A stretch of 64,000 bases of DNA from Catajapyx aquilonaris (Eukaryota): assembly GCA_000934665.2 (NCBI GenBank), contig KZ538070.1, forward strand, positions 1 through 64,000. The letters are read 5' to 3'. The notes under the pieces are model-generated. The model was not told the DNA's origin and did no database searches. It saw only the letters and a list, made by a program, of their open reading frames with translations. The first letter of the stretch is position 1, and each line of letters opens with the position of its first letter. Below are positions 1 through 13,901 of this stretch, piece by piece. The position numbers were made by a program, and so were the translations under genes.

Positions 1-3000
1 TTCCGATAATGGTTTTTAGGACAATAGTTTGTTTCGTTGTTTGTTTACTTATTTACAATTATATTGTGGCAGATTCAGCAACATCGCTTATTTTTTTCAC
101 AACTACTGACTGTTTTCTGTCCCAACATTTTTGCTATTGACTGTATGAACTTATAGACCCTCCCCTTATATTCGATTGTCAGCAAACATTGCACTTCATA
201 CATATTCATCGTTCCCATCGCCGATACTAACGATAGTTGTCCTCCGATAATTCCACCAAACAAATATTGTCCTGTCACTCAAACGGGACACGCAAGAACT
301 TTAAAAAAGGGCGATACTCCACCATTGATATATCTTTAAACCCCCCAAAATTTTACGACCCATATGGTAGTTACAACCTACACCACTTTGGCGCGGGTGC
401 AGCACATTTCAAAAACCAGTTCATATCCCCCCNNNNNNNNNNNNTCGGCAATAAACTCCAAGAGGCAAACGGCCCCCAAAATCCTTGAGATGCTCACCAG
501 CCCTGATCCAAACCCGAAGTTACTCCAGAGGGTTATACCCCTATGGGGCAAAAATGGTAGCGCCCACTAAACTCAGGCGCCGGGTTCGGTTCAGGCTCAG
601 TCGGCCGGCTCGTCTGGCGGGGTTAGGGAGCTCTGCTGGGTCTCTCCGGGGCTAAAAAGTGCGCGACTTGGTCAGGGGATGCCCCTGGGCGGGTAGTGGA
701 CAATTTTTTTCGGTGAATATTTTTTGGTGGGTGAGGACTAGTGCGTGAGTGACTTGTGAGGATTTGAATTTGGGTTTTTTGGGGGGTAGAGGACTAGGTG
801 TAGGGTCAACACGTGGGGGGGTTAATCGGCTGGTTGGCTGATCCGGATTTGTGAGGGGATATATCAGGTAAGGACACTATAGAATTTTGTGGTAATTTAT
901 AGTGTTATAGTGTACCATCTAGAGGACCTACAGACACAAAAATTTTGCAGCTGAAACTAATTTTACGCCAGATAAATTAGGCCTAAACTGATCACCTTTT
1001 CGACCGTTACCGACCGTTACACTCTCAACTGCCAAAATATTGTGCACTTATTCACATTTGTGATTAGTAATTATAACAATGCATATTTAAACAAATTTGT
1101 AGCTAAATTTTTAGTTGAGGTTTAACTTTCACGCAAATTAGCACTGCCTGATACAACAATATCATTTTGAACCCCGGGTCTATATTTTTGTGTTTGTTCG
1201 GATAGCCACGTGGCAAATCAATAAAGCGCAATGTCGGCCGCAAATTTAAACAAGTAAATAAACATAACGCTGCAAAATGGACCCGTTTGCCCCAGCTCGT
1301 AACCTAATTAAGACAGAATTTGAACAGATGAATAGGGTTAACTCGCCTGCAAATTTGAATAAATATGACTTATCAATGGGAATAAACTATTTTAGCACTT
1401 AATCGGGTAGGGGGTCGTTTTAAAAAAGCCTGTTTTATGATTCCAAGTTTAATGAAATTATGGCCGCGGTACACATAATTTTTGATGCAATTATTACCGA
1501 ACCAGGATGACTCTAATGCTCTTCCCACCTGCAAGCCAAGGCGTGCATTATGTTATTAGACGTAGTCGGCAAAGGTGATCGATAAGGTAATTTTTGCGGA
1601 TGGAAGCTCGTCACCTGAGCAGTTGGGGGTTTTTGCGGTTATCGGGTTGGCAGTGATTTAGCAAACAGTCGGCCGGATTCAAGTGAGCTGAGCGCCCGCA
1701 AGTACCGGCCGTTTAATTATTTTTCACATAAAACCGCTTCTAGATATAACCCTCTATAGAAACTGAAAATTTGGTGTTGATTCCTTGATTAGAACTGTAA
1801 ATATTCAAAATTAAATAAACATAGAAACAAACTTTGCCTTTTATACCGATACATATATAGTGTTTTTCAGTGGATTTATTGTGTCAATATGTTGATGTTT
1901 AAGGCTACACCTTGATTGGTGCCTATAGTCGATTGGTATCGTTCAGTTTATGTGTAAAGGGACACGTGGATTGCGACAAAGTGGTAGGAATGCGGGCTGG
2001 CGAGGGATAAAACGGTGTAATTGCAGGGTTTTATACAGGGTTGTAAAGAGGATGAATGACAGTAAAGAAATAGTTTAGTTTTTAGTATTGGGGGGATCTG
2101 GGAGCGTTTAATGTTGGACCCGGTTTTTTGTGGTTTTGGATCAGACAGTGGCAGTGCATTTAGGCCGGGACTGGCCACAACAGGATTACATGCGATAATC
2201 CGCAAAATCAACTTGTGTATTATGTTGTCGTTTTTTTTTTGCTATTGGCTACACCCCCCTCCCATATCCCCCACCCAACTCTCTCGCATGGTGTCAGAAA
2301 TGTTCAATGAGGTGTAAGACCCGTGGTGGTCAATAGTGTCAATAATTTGTGAATTAACAATCCTTAGTTTGGTGTGAAATTTGCGTTTTTTGTTGCGAAC
2401 TGTTATCAGAAAATTCTGACTTGCTGGCTCATCAGTTGATAGTGTTGATGTTCATTACAATCTTATTTAGACTAGTCATTCCCACAAGAATTGAAGCGGA
2501 TAAACTGACTTTTGATATGCAGGACCCCTAGTCATGAAAAAAAGGCCTAACGATTTGGCTTATTACCTAGCCTACCCTGCACAATGAGCGAGGATTACAC
2601 AGCGAATTTATAATTGAGGGAACATTGTCATAGCACAATTAGGCTAGGAACAAACTCTGGAAAAAGGAGACCGACACATTGTTGTGTTTTTTTTTTTTAC
2701 AAACTGTGTTTTTTTGTTGACTGACATTTGGCTTGATGGACTGGAAGTGCCAGAGCTTGAGCCTATTGGTCACGCGGATGGATTAGGAAGACGACTGTTA
2801 TTTGATACTACATAATAAGGGCGGTCGCCATGTCCATGCAAGTCTGGAGAAGAAAAGGCACGATTACAGGGCGGCGTAATATATTTTCCCCCGCGAATAA
2901 AATGGCCTCCGCAACAATTTTCTGGCTGCGTTTTTGTGCGATTTTTTGTATCCAGTTTGAGTGAAATTTTTTCAAAATGTTTCTGAATAATTGTATTCAT

Positions 3001-3986
3001 TTTGAGCCAAATTTCACCAATTTCGTGTTCTTATGAAGTTAGTATGAAATTTTTAAAATAATTGCACAATTTCACATATTTTGGCTGTAAATTTTTTGGG
3101 TGAAACTTTATGAATATTATTTGTTCAAAATTTTTGCCTGTGAATTTTCATGTGACGTTGGACGTATTTTGTGAAATAATTGTTTACAAAATTTTAGCGA
3201 TTTTTTTTCTCAATCACATGAATGAAAATCTGGGCTTGTTTTTATAGGCCTACTGTACTACAAAAGACAGGCTTTACACATTTTTTTTTTAGATCCAACC
3301 TTTTCATCCTCTTATTTCGGGTCGGTTATATCGCAATAACGCATTGCAGTTGAACGGAATAAGCTTCAGCATTTGAACAGAATAAGCTGACAACCTTGCG
3401 AAAAAAATATATATCAGGTAGGATTTTTCTGGTGCGGTTCCATATCGTAATGGGATTGGCTAGAGCAAGCTAAGGAGATGAGTGGCAGATTAATGCTGGT
3501 TCTCCAATCCTAACGGGGTTTTTTTCCCCTCTACCACGAGAAGGAAATTGCCACTCTCTCATGCGAATTTCAGATTCATCTCCCCTTTCCAATTCCCTTT
3601 GTCCTGTTTAAAAATGCGTTTGGAAACCGTTGCGCCAGACCGTAATTTTCCAACCAGGCATTCAAATGGCCCACCCCCACGGGGCTCTCGGATCGCGACA
3701 GAACACGAGCCCGGCCAACAATTGTTGGAGGTGTTGGCATGGTTGCCCCTAGGCCAGCCCTGGTATCACGTTTTGAGAGGACAATGGGTGTCCGCACTAT
3801 TCCCTGACACCTCTTTCATTGTGACAAGCCTTGCCCTGACATTGGGAGACTTTTCTCCACCTGTCTGTCCTATGCCGGTATATACCTGGAATGCTAAGAT
3901 GGCTGGATTAATCTGCATTGCTGATCTCTCATTAGAGGTTTGAACCTGGCTACAATCAGGTGCTAATTTGTGACAACCAAGATGGT

Positions 3987-4558
3987 GTTTGAACTCAGGA
4001 GCTGGATCTCTCAGAACTCCTGGCGATTTCTCACGAAAACCCTAGGAGTTACGCGAGCAATCGCCAGGAGTTACGCGAGCAATCGCCAGGAGTTCCGCGA
4101 GAAATCGTCAGGAGTTCTGCGAGAAATCATCAGGAGTTCCGCGAGCAATCGCCAGGAGTTCTGCGAAAATCCCGGTTGAGAAACCCACCTTAAACGCATG
4201 ATGTTTTCAATAATGAGACATTGTGAGCTTGTTTGAACTCATAAGCTGGACCCGTAATTCTCGCGGAACTCCTTGCGATTGCTCGCAAAAACCCTAGGAG
4301 TTCCGCGAGCAATCGTTAGGAGTTCTGGAAGAATCCCGGTTGAGAAACCCACCTTAAACGCATGATGTGTTCAATAATGAGACATTTTGAGCTTGTTTGA
4401 ACTCATAAGCTGGACCCGTGATTCTCGCGGAACTACTTGCGATTGCTCGCGAAAAACCCTAGGAGTTCCGTGAGCAATCGCCAGGAGTTTCTCGAGAACC
4501 CCGGTTGAGAAACCCACCTTGAACGTGTGATATTTACAATCATGAGACATTTTGCTTG
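3987..4558. repeat. Higher-order tandem repeat: three ~164-bp units containing 22-bp subrepeats
   Basis: GTTTGAACTC starts units at 3987, 4231 and 4395. The 22-mer AGGAGTTCCGCGAGCAATCGCC (with variants) occurs at 4044, 4066, 4088, 4110, 4132, 4154, 4296, 4318, 4461 and 4483. CCCGGTTGAGAAACCCACCTT occurs in each unit. Confidence 0.92.
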
Positions 4559-5279
4559 AAAAATATTTTCTAGAACCTGATAGAGTCTTGCTGAAGCGGC
4601 CTTTCTTGTTGGACCACCTTGTACATGGTTCGAGATAGGCTGTCAGCCTTGCTGCCAACTATACGACGCTGTTAACAACCATTGGCTTTCAGTCGGGCAT
4701 GCGGAATCAGTATTTCACGTCACATTAGCCATCAGGATTCCCAGGAGATATCGCCCAAAATGCAGAGAAGGAACCGCAGGGAGTGGCTGTATAAACCTTA
4801 GGCGGGGAGGGAAAAAGGTTTTTGTGACTCATCCTTTCGTATGTAAATCCGCCTATTTGCAGGGTCTTCAAACATCCTTCCCCGGAACACAATTCGTCTC
4901 CGGAGGGCAGTAGAACCTTCCTCAGGGGAACCGGTGTCGATGGTCGATCTCGGGGCGCGACTCGGATTTAGGTGATACGTTACTTGCAAGGCTCTCTCTC
5001 CCCTAGCACCCTTCTCTAGCAGCTCAAAATGAGCTGTTTGGTCATTAAAGCCTATCAAGGAGCGGATGAGGTGGCACGTTATGGGTTTTAGAAAAAAAAA
5101 TCTTTAGGGCCTATTAGCTTAATGGTGGAATAGAGCCGCGCGCTCGTAATGAATGGGTGGGAGGGCATTACATTCTTGGGGCGTTGCACATAACTTGCGC
5201 TGCCGGGCGGTACGACAAGGGGTACCAGATGGGGATTCAAGGCTGGAAGTTGAGCCAATATGACATTTTCAGCTTTTGT

Positions 5280-5785
5280 CAACTAATAGGAGATGTCCAT
5301 ACTCTTTTAACCAATTGGCAACATTCTCTTAGCCAATAGGAGACGTCCTTGCTCTCTTAGCCAACTCTAAACCAATTTGAGATCTCTGTTGTCTCTCTGC
5401 CAATTGGAAACTGTTCTCTCAGCCAATTGGTGACGTCCATACGCTCTTAGCCTATTGGAAACGTTTCCCTTAGCCAGTAGGAGACGTCCATACGCTCTTA
5501 GCCTATTGGAAACGTTTCCCTTAGCCAGTAGAAGACGTCCATACGCTCTTAGCCTATTGGAAACGTTTCCCTTAGCCAGTAGGAGACGTCCATACGCTCT
5601 TAGCCTATTGGAAACGTTTCCCTTAGCCAGTAGAAGACGTCCATACGCTCTTAGCCAACCCTCAACCAATTTGAGATCTTAGATGTCTCTCAGCCAATTG
5701 GACACCTGCCTAATTCATCAACAGGAAACGTTCCCTCGACCAATTAGCCAATTGGAGGCTTCCATACTCGCTTAGCCAGTTAGAG
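5280..5785. repeat. 51-bp minisatellite with degenerate flanks
   Basis: ACGCTCTTAGCCTATTGGAAACGTTTCCCTTAGCCAGTAGRAGACGTCCAT repeats near-perfectly about 4 times over ~5432-5656. Degenerate CTTAGCCAA/CCAATTGG modules lie on both sides. Confidence 0.93.
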
Positions 5786-7689
5786 GCCTCTGCTCTGATC
5801 CAGACTGCCACGTGCCTATAGGCCCACCTGCGACCTGTGGCTCACAGCCAGATTTTTGTCATAGTTGGCAATGGCGGAAACAGTTCTGGCCAGAGCGTGC
5901 CGGTTGACCCCGAGTGAGGTCAACCCTGGAGGGCTGGTGTTTGATTTCGATGCCGGACTGGCATTCCCGTTTTTCCAGAAGAGTAGAGAGAGAGAGCCCG
6001 AGTCTGAAGCGCTTATTGTGCAAACTGGCAATGCAGAAAGTTCGCACATGTGTAAATGAAATAACTTTAGCTGGGGCCACACCAGGCATGAAACATTGGG
6101 CGAAAGTTGCATGCCAAGTAGGGGGGGAGAACCGGATGATGTAAATGTCGTCGGAGCTTGCTTCTATCTGCTGCGCTGGCTATGTTTCCTAGCTAAATGT
6201 GGCTCTAAGTTTACCCTTGGTCCAGGGTGCCAACATTTGTAATTGCGTCCGGGTAAATCCTGACTGAATGACCTAGCCAAGTCGTTTTTAGCTCTGGCCA
6301 ACAATATAAGTTCTTGGAAAACAAGTTCGCCGAAATTGTTACGAAGTTGAATTATCGGCCATTTTTGTTTGTTGCAGATATTTTGTACTATTCGTACTAT
6401 TTAAACGTATAATAGAGCTGAATATTGGAAATGTCAACACAAGTAACTTAACTGTAAGAATTATTAAAAGAACATAAATTACCATATAAAGTACACAAAG
6501 AAACAAATTCATCTCAGAAGACATTGTAACCAAGTACCATTAAAATAGTTTCAAGTGAAGATTTCGTCCTATATTCAACACCTCTTGAATCAAACTTCTA
6601 AAGGTTGAACCAGCAAGTTAACTCTAGTTGTTAGCACCCCTAAAATCTAGCCTAGAATCGATTCCCCCCCCCCCCTCCTTTTGCAGCCTCCCTGCGATTT
6701 ATTCCCGATATTTCTATTCCTAATGATGTTGGCAGGGGGTGGTGCAAGGGAATTGGGTGAGGGGGGGAGGGGGGTTTCGACCCTTCTTCCTCCTACCCAT
6801 AGTGAGGAAAGGCCCTTAACGAAGTCCTTCTGGGCTCCATCATCGGTCCTCTTCCCTGACTGAGCCTTGGCTTCTCCACATCAGCATTAATTTGATGGAT
6901 TAACGGCAACTTGCGAGGCTCCAGCAAATTTGGACTAGCACATGCCGCCTGCAGAACTTAATGACTTGAAACTTTCATAAGGAGGAATTTAAAATTTAGA
7001 TGAATCACTTTATTATCAGATTTTCGGTTAGAGCAAAGCTACTTGCCAGTAAAGTTTCTCCCCCTCCCCCCTTCCACTTGCCGCCTTTGCTATATATTCA
7101 AAGTGTTGTTGCTAGAAATGGCGCGGGCTTTTATGGCAAGGAGGGAGGCCCTTCAATGTAAATGCCGATCACTATTTTCTCTAGCCCCCCCGACGCCCCT
7201 TTGAAGATCTCATTTTCTGTGTTAATTGGCTCCCAGTGTGATGTTTTGCAACGTTCCAATTGCTCCTGAAGGAGTTTCGCGAAATAGGGGTCTGAGTCCC
7301 TCGTTACAAACAGTCTTTTTGCGCCATCTTGGTTTTAGGATGCATTCGGACGGCTGGAGAGTGTGTTCGGACCCCTGGTATCGAACTGTTTATCGCCATT
7401 TTTTAGCCTGAAAAACAAGAATCAGGGCTTCACTTTCAATCTGTAGCTAAGTAGAGGATTTGAAGTTCAATTAGAGCGACTGATTCTTATTCATGGAAGG
7501 AAAGTGGCTTGTCAGATGCCGGTACGAATATTGGTTCTGGGAAGTTTCTCAACGGCACTTGAGCTTCGTTTCTCCTCCAAATTGTACCTTCTCACTATAT
7601 GAAAGTGGAAATACCGTCTGATTCAATTTGATCTGTCTGGATTTCCCTGTACGTGATATATATATATTCGTTTCTTACTTTTTTTCCAG

Positions 7690-7732
7690 GTCACATCAAA
7701 CATCATTGTGAACTCGACGGATCGCCCAGTTG
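7690..7732 (+). other. Candidate 43-nt internal exon of an unidentified transcript
   Basis: Long pyrimidine tract ending TTTTTCCAG as acceptor and TTG|GTAAGT as donor. Two frames are open (VTSNIIVNSTDRPV or HIKHHCELDGSPS). No homology recognised. Confidence 0.4.
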
Positions 7733-8519
7733 GTAAGTACAATTCTCCACACTATGGCAGCTACAGTCCCAACCTGTAAACAAGGCGCACTTCAATTTTC
7801 TATCCTCCCCCCCAAAAAAGGCCAAAAAAAATCCCCCTCCTTCTCCTCTCCCCATTTTTCGTAGGCCAGAAGCCATGCTGAGCACGTTCTTGAGTAAGAA
7901 AAGAGGCCTGGGAAAATCGGCTTATTGGCTCCAGACAGGACCCAATAGGGCCCTTCGCACGTAGAGAGGGCAGCAATTTGGCGGGGAAATTTGGGACCCT
8001 GTGTCTCTCTGGATGCAAGGTCCTCTTTGGTCCTCTCTTGGTGTTGGAAGGTAGAAAAGATATTGGGAGAAGATGGTAATGCCTCTAGGGGTCAAACCTG
8101 GATGAAAAGCAGCCCCACGCAGGTGTTAAGATTAATTAAGTTTATTAATTGCCCACCGGCAGCCCCCTTGATGCTGGATGCAGACACGAAACGGAGGAAA
8201 TGCCGGGGGTGGTAAAAAATGTAGGTGCTTGAAGGACTCAAATCATCCGCCTATTCTTCTCTCCTGGTGCGACAAAAAATCTGTTGGTAACGGGATCTCA
8301 GAGGAGGCCAAAATAACCTGAGGGTACAAATTTTGAGGGTTTTTTTGGGGGGGAGGGGAGGGTGTGAGAGTAACGCCCTGGTTGGGTGCAAGGGTATAAG
8401 GATGGGGGTAAAGTAAGATTCATCCGGTTGTAGGGTGAAATTTGATACCTTTGACGGAGTTTGGTTTATCCAATTTTAAATGGTGTATTCCCAAAATTTT
8501 GCATGATTTTTCATAAATT

Positions 8520-8612
8520 TGGTTGCAATTTTTATTAATTTTACCAAATTGTTTGCTATTTTATTAGTTTTACAAAATTGTTTGCAATTTTATTAATTTT
8601 ACCAAATTGGCT
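8520..8612. repeat. ~30-bp AT-rich degenerate tandem repeat
   Basis: TTGCAATTTTATTAATTTTACCAAATTG-like unit, about 3 copies. Confidence 0.7.
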
Positions 8613-9536
8613 ACGATTTGACCCATGTTGTACTGGAATTTTTAAGCATACAATAATTGCTGACAGTTTTTAAATTGATTTGACAATAATATGGTTTTAC
8701 TTCATTTTAAAGAACTTTGGTACAAATTTGCTTACAGTTAAATTTTAATAGACTTTACCGACTTTTTTAAAACACATAGAATCCAATGTGCTATTAGGTG
8801 GTAAACTTATGCAATTTAGAGTCAGAGCCTGGTAGGCCATTTTTGCAGGACAGGGAGTAGGCCCCCCCTAAGTTTTTGGCATGGGAGCTTAGGCCTAGCT
8901 GGGGCTTTCGATTTAGGGAGGTCGTTTGCCGTGAATCTTAGAACCGCCGACGGATATGAGGGCTCTTTTCTGGCCCAATATCGCTTGAGATAACTTTGCA
9001 GAGCATCGCACTCTGGGGGCACAGACAAGGACCACCCACACTCGTCCAAGGATTACAGGGTGTCTCATCCAAGATGGCCGCTTGGGAGTTTGATAGAGGA
9101 ATATCAGGGAGTTCCGGATGTGTGGGGGCGATCACCCTGAACAATTCCTGTGATTTCCTAGTTATCCGTTTGCTGTGCCTAATGGTCATCGACTGGACAA
9201 ACTAATGAGGAGAAATCGTATATTCAGCACTGCTAGAATACACAAGGAGTAAACAACTGGGTTAGTTGGCGTTAACGTAACACAGTGTGTTACATACTCG
9301 TAGTTGACAGGTACAGATTAGGGGCTTGCGTCTTGTTTGGCCTGGGAAATCAAAGGTGGGGCCCCAGTTTTTAATCGATATGTAAACTTCTACTTAGCAC
9401 ATACATGGAGAGGGCGGCTATTCTCCCACACCGAAAGATTAGGGCCATCAAGCTGATTGAGAGATATGGTGAGGGAAATTAACGATTTAAGCTCATAAAC
9501 GGCGATCTGTCATCAAGTGATTAACGGTGGGTGCAC

Positions 9537-9866
9537 CAAGATGGCGGCGAATTGGGTGGACCAAGATGGCCGCCAAGAGACTTGTATCTTTAAAACTCAA
9601 TAAGCAATACAAAAAATATATGTGTAATATTGAATAATCATTGTGTCTGATACTTCATTTAATTTGTAGATTGAATGCAAAATGTAAGATTCAATATGGC
9701 TAAGATGGCCGCCATAACGCTTGTTTCTCAAACTTAATCATTAATGAAAAATGTGTCTTTAAACAATTACTAATGCGGTATAAACATTGTGTCTGATATT
9801 TAATTTAATTTGTGAATGCAAAGTGGAAGATCCAATATGGCGGGTGGTCATACTAAGATGGCGACG
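9537..9866. repeat. Diverged ~140-150-bp tandem repeat carrying AAGATGGC motifs
   Basis: AAGATGGCCGCC at ~9563 and ~9702, AAGATGGCG at ~9538 and ~9855. CATTGTGTCTGATA...TTTAATTTGT...GAATGCAAA...CAATATGGC occurs twice. Confidence 0.8.
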
Positions 9867-10750
9867 ATTTATGAGTGTGGCCAGCACTTTTTGGGAGGGT
9901 GTACAGGTGAAGGGGATATTAACTGGGGGTTTACGGCATCTATTTCCAGGGTGGAAAGCTCCTTTTGGCTGGGAGGAGCTTTCACCACGACAAGTGAGCT
10001 TTATACCCCGGCTGAATTAATACCTTCTGGACCGGTTTATTCCCTCCACCTTCTTATGACGTTGCCGCTTCTTTTTCTTCTACCTTCCCATCATATTCAA
10101 GTAAAAAAATATATATCTTAAGAGGTCGCAAGAATAAAGTTTAATATCAAGTCAGATCATAACTCACGACGACCCCGACTTTGATATCCAAATCTAAGGT
10201 GTTTGTCACAAAGGGGATTGTTTGCACTATTGTTGAGGTTATCCAATTAAACCTTGCTAGTCTTGCATCATTTTTGCACCCCCATGAACTATAGGGTGTG
10301 ACTAAAACGATCATTTGCGGCACAATGTACATGACACCAGATGTGTGGCTGCTGCGATTCACACAGAAAATGAATCAAGGGGGTGGTTTAGACCCTGGTT
10401 GGGTGGTAATGCAGGGACTGGGGTGAGTTAGAAATCAATAGCGCAGGATAAGCGGCGCACGTTTGGCACACCTACCAGGCGTACCTTGGGGCTGATTCAT
10501 TTGCGGGATTGCCGTACAAAAGGGCCTCTGCCGCGACCTGTCAACGCTGAGCGATGGGGGTTCAACAATTCCTTCATAAATGGGATCTGGACAAAGATGG
10601 CGGAACTAGCGGGTGTGGCGCACCTGGTGGTTGCTTTGTGGATCTGAGATTGCAGTTTGGTAGTTTTAATTCCAATCACAAGTATTATTCAGAAATGATT
10701 TGCACTAGTATCCGCTGTAAGCCTGACTGGGGAGCTGGGGTTTGACTCTA

Positions 10751-11140
10751 GCGCGCCTGGTAGATGCATTAATAATTAATCTCAAGAAAGTTGTGCATTA
10801 TCAGGTTGCACTAGGATGGTTTTAACTAATGAGCAATATTTTTGAAATTTCTTACTGTACGAACTACCGAATTTCAACTAAAATCGTGTAGCCTACATGT
10901 GGGCCACATGGACGAGGACCAAATATGGCGTTTATGACTCTGGTGGATGCATTTAAAATAAATCTCAAGAAAATAGTGTACTACCAGATTTCACTGGGAT
11001 GTTAACCAATGAGCGACAAATCGGAAATTTCCTATAATAACTGCAGGATTTCAACTAAAATCATGAAAATATGGACCGCCACGTGATAGGGAGACAAATA
11101 TGGCGGAGCGACAGTAGCGCGTCTGGTGGATGCAATTAAA
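10751..11140. repeat. 183-bp diverged tandem repeat (~2.1 copies)
   Basis: CTGGTRGATGCA at 10757, 10940 and 11123. AATCTCAAGAAA, ATTTCAACTAAAATC and CAAATATGGCG each occur twice. Confidence 0.85.
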
Positions 11141-13901
11141 GTAGCTAACTGTAATTAAATTATAAAATTTTCAACTACATGACTCTCTAGAGGTAGAGTA
11201 CGGGCCAACTGCCAGGCCTGTTATGTTATTAATATGGCGCAAACTGTATTCATAGCTCGTTGCATGCTAGAGCACACTTTCAGCGTATTAAAATATAGTA
11301 TTCAGGCAACGTTTACCAAAATTGTTTCAAAACAAAAAACAAAAAACGTCCCCATCTGTTGCGAACCCAACAATGCTGCCATTTTGAATTACAAACGCCC
11401 AGGACGAGCCCGGGTATTTATTAGCAGAACGATGATGACATGAACATGTCCCCGTGGACGCCATTACCGTAGATACACAACTAATATTAGGATAAACTTG
11501 CTTTTGAACTTTTTATTTATTCTGCTGCGTTTAAAATTGATTTTGAAAGAGTTAGCCCCGACGTAATTAGAGCGTATGACTGGGATTTGGTTGCACAGCT
11601 CATTAATAAATTGTAAATCTAGTACCCTCGGTTTAGACGCTCTGTTTTGATCCCTTTTCTCATTTCTGGCCAGCACTTTGAACCGCCATTTAGGCCCGGT
11701 CCCCCACCCACAACCCGGCCCGTTAGCTACTCTAAAACATTGCGCCCGAGCTAGAAAACAAGCAGTGAGTTTAATTACCAGCCAGCGTAAACCCGGCCCA
11801 CTGCATATTGTGCAGTCACAAAGCGTTGAGTCGACCCTGCAGCTTTTAGCCACATTATGTTACGAACTAGTACATTGTCAGACCGCTGAAGGTACATGTT
11901 GTGACTTGGAGCCGGAAATGTGGCATAAACATCAGAAATCACGGCTTGGAGACGGGACATTCCGAGTTGACCCTGCCAGTGTGGGCTCTAATTTTGGAAG
12001 TTGTTAGCTACCAAGTAGTGGATCATATACCCGAAGTATGGGCTTGCACTACCAGGTATACGTTAAAATTTTGGTCATGTCCCGTCTCTAGAGCCGGGAA
12101 TATGAATTACATGAACATTCATGCCCTATGCGATTTGAATATTTAAACTGGACGGTTTGCAACCTGAATGTCATAGATATGGTGGGTGGAATGGAGGTTC
12201 AGACCCCTCCAGTGTGCGTTGCCTGCTCTCATTTGTTCCTGCCAGAGACTCGGAGATCCTGTCAAGGTTGTCGAATCGACCCGAAGTTATATAGCCAGAG
12301 TTCCCCATGTCGCCAGGATGACAAGCTTTCACCTGTCCCAACCTACAATTTTGAAGTCCTGGTAGGTAGGAACACCCTCCAGGGAAAAGTTGCAGACGCA
12401 AGCTGGCCCCACACTAAAATGGCATCGTTAAATTTTGGCCTGAAAATTTGTCATGAGACTTGAATAGAGGGGTGACATCTGCCGGGTGTAGGATTCCGAA
12501 ATATGCGAGAATTAGTTAGGGTTATGTGAGTGCGTAAGGAGTAATGAAGGTGGCGAATTCCATGGGCAGTTATCATCAGGTTTTGAGCATAGGATGCGGC
12601 AGAAGGCTCTTCCAAAAGCTAGCTTGGGGCGAGGGTAGACGTAGAAACGTGAATAAATTTTGGGGCCGGAATTCAGGAATTTCCAAGTCGCTTTGTGGCG
12701 CCGGTGAGCGCGGAAAATTAAGGGGTCAAATTATTTCACATCACACGCCCCACTATGCTAACTCTTCTCAAAACAGAGGCGGTGGCAATTGGGACACAGC
12801 TTGGAACCTCTAGTTCGCGCCTAGGATTGTGAGGGGGGCAGTGTGACGTACCGTACGAAGTCACGATTTCATAACTAGAAAACTGTTTGGAAGCCATGTA
12901 GTTTATAAGGACTCCTAAAACCAAACCTTGTTTCCAGACTTTACATCGTAAATTACGCGAGTTTCCCCCCCTGTAATTTGGGAAGGAACAAGCTCAAAGT
13001 TTTTCTAATCTATCCCAAGTCTTTTCTAGGAATTCTGCGGATTGGTCGATGAATTGATTACCTCCTCCAATCAATATCTTGTAGCTATTTGAGCTTGACA
13101 AAAATTCCTGGGACATACACAGTAATAAGTGGTACCTAAACGTGAATCGCACCCGTTCACACATCCAATGAGCGCCATGAAAATTCGATTCGATTCATTA
13201 TTGTCCTCCCTAGCGCCTCCCACACATGTACATTCAAGTGTTCGTCACGTTAAGGGCCAGAATGTCCTTTGTCATTAATGGACCGGTGGGGTGGCTGTGC
13301 AAATCGTGATGCCAATTGAATGGTACGGCGTCGGTGCTGAATTCCGACAACAACACGAGTCCCCCTGCAATTTGTCACGTGGAAAAGGCCCTGCCTGCTA
13401 TTAAACGTATATGAAATTGTAGCCATGTCCCTTCTCTTATAGGCTAGGCAAAGGGAGGGAGAGACATGGCTGGAGGGTAGAGGCTTGCGACGGGCCCGGG
13501 AATGAAATATTATCTCCTTACCTTGTAATAATGACTCCTCCGCGGCGTAATTTAGCGCGTGATGGGATTTCCATGTCTGTAGGCCAAGGTGGGCTCTTTG
13601 GGCCAGGTTTGGATGGAAGGGGTTGGGGGACGCGGGGGGTAAGTTGGGGAGTCCAAGACTGCTCGTACAACCTGGAGATGTAATCAATGGCAGGGGGCCA
13701 GCCTTGTACTCCAGGAGGCCAAGAGGTTGGGCCAGGAAGTCTCTAGATAGACAGTATGGGCTTGCTTGGGGTTTCTATGGGTTCCTTGGATTCTTCCAAG
13801 TTCTTAGGGATTCCTTAGAGTTGCTTCGGATTGCTGGAATTGCTCGGGGTTCCTCATGGATGTGGACAAAGATGTTGAAGGTGTGGGACATTTGGTGGAT
13901 T

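Noticed and set aside
5367..5682. Repetitive ORFs on both strands (17-aa repeat)
   Set aside because: Artefact of the 51-bp minisatellite, whose unit length is a multiple of 3.
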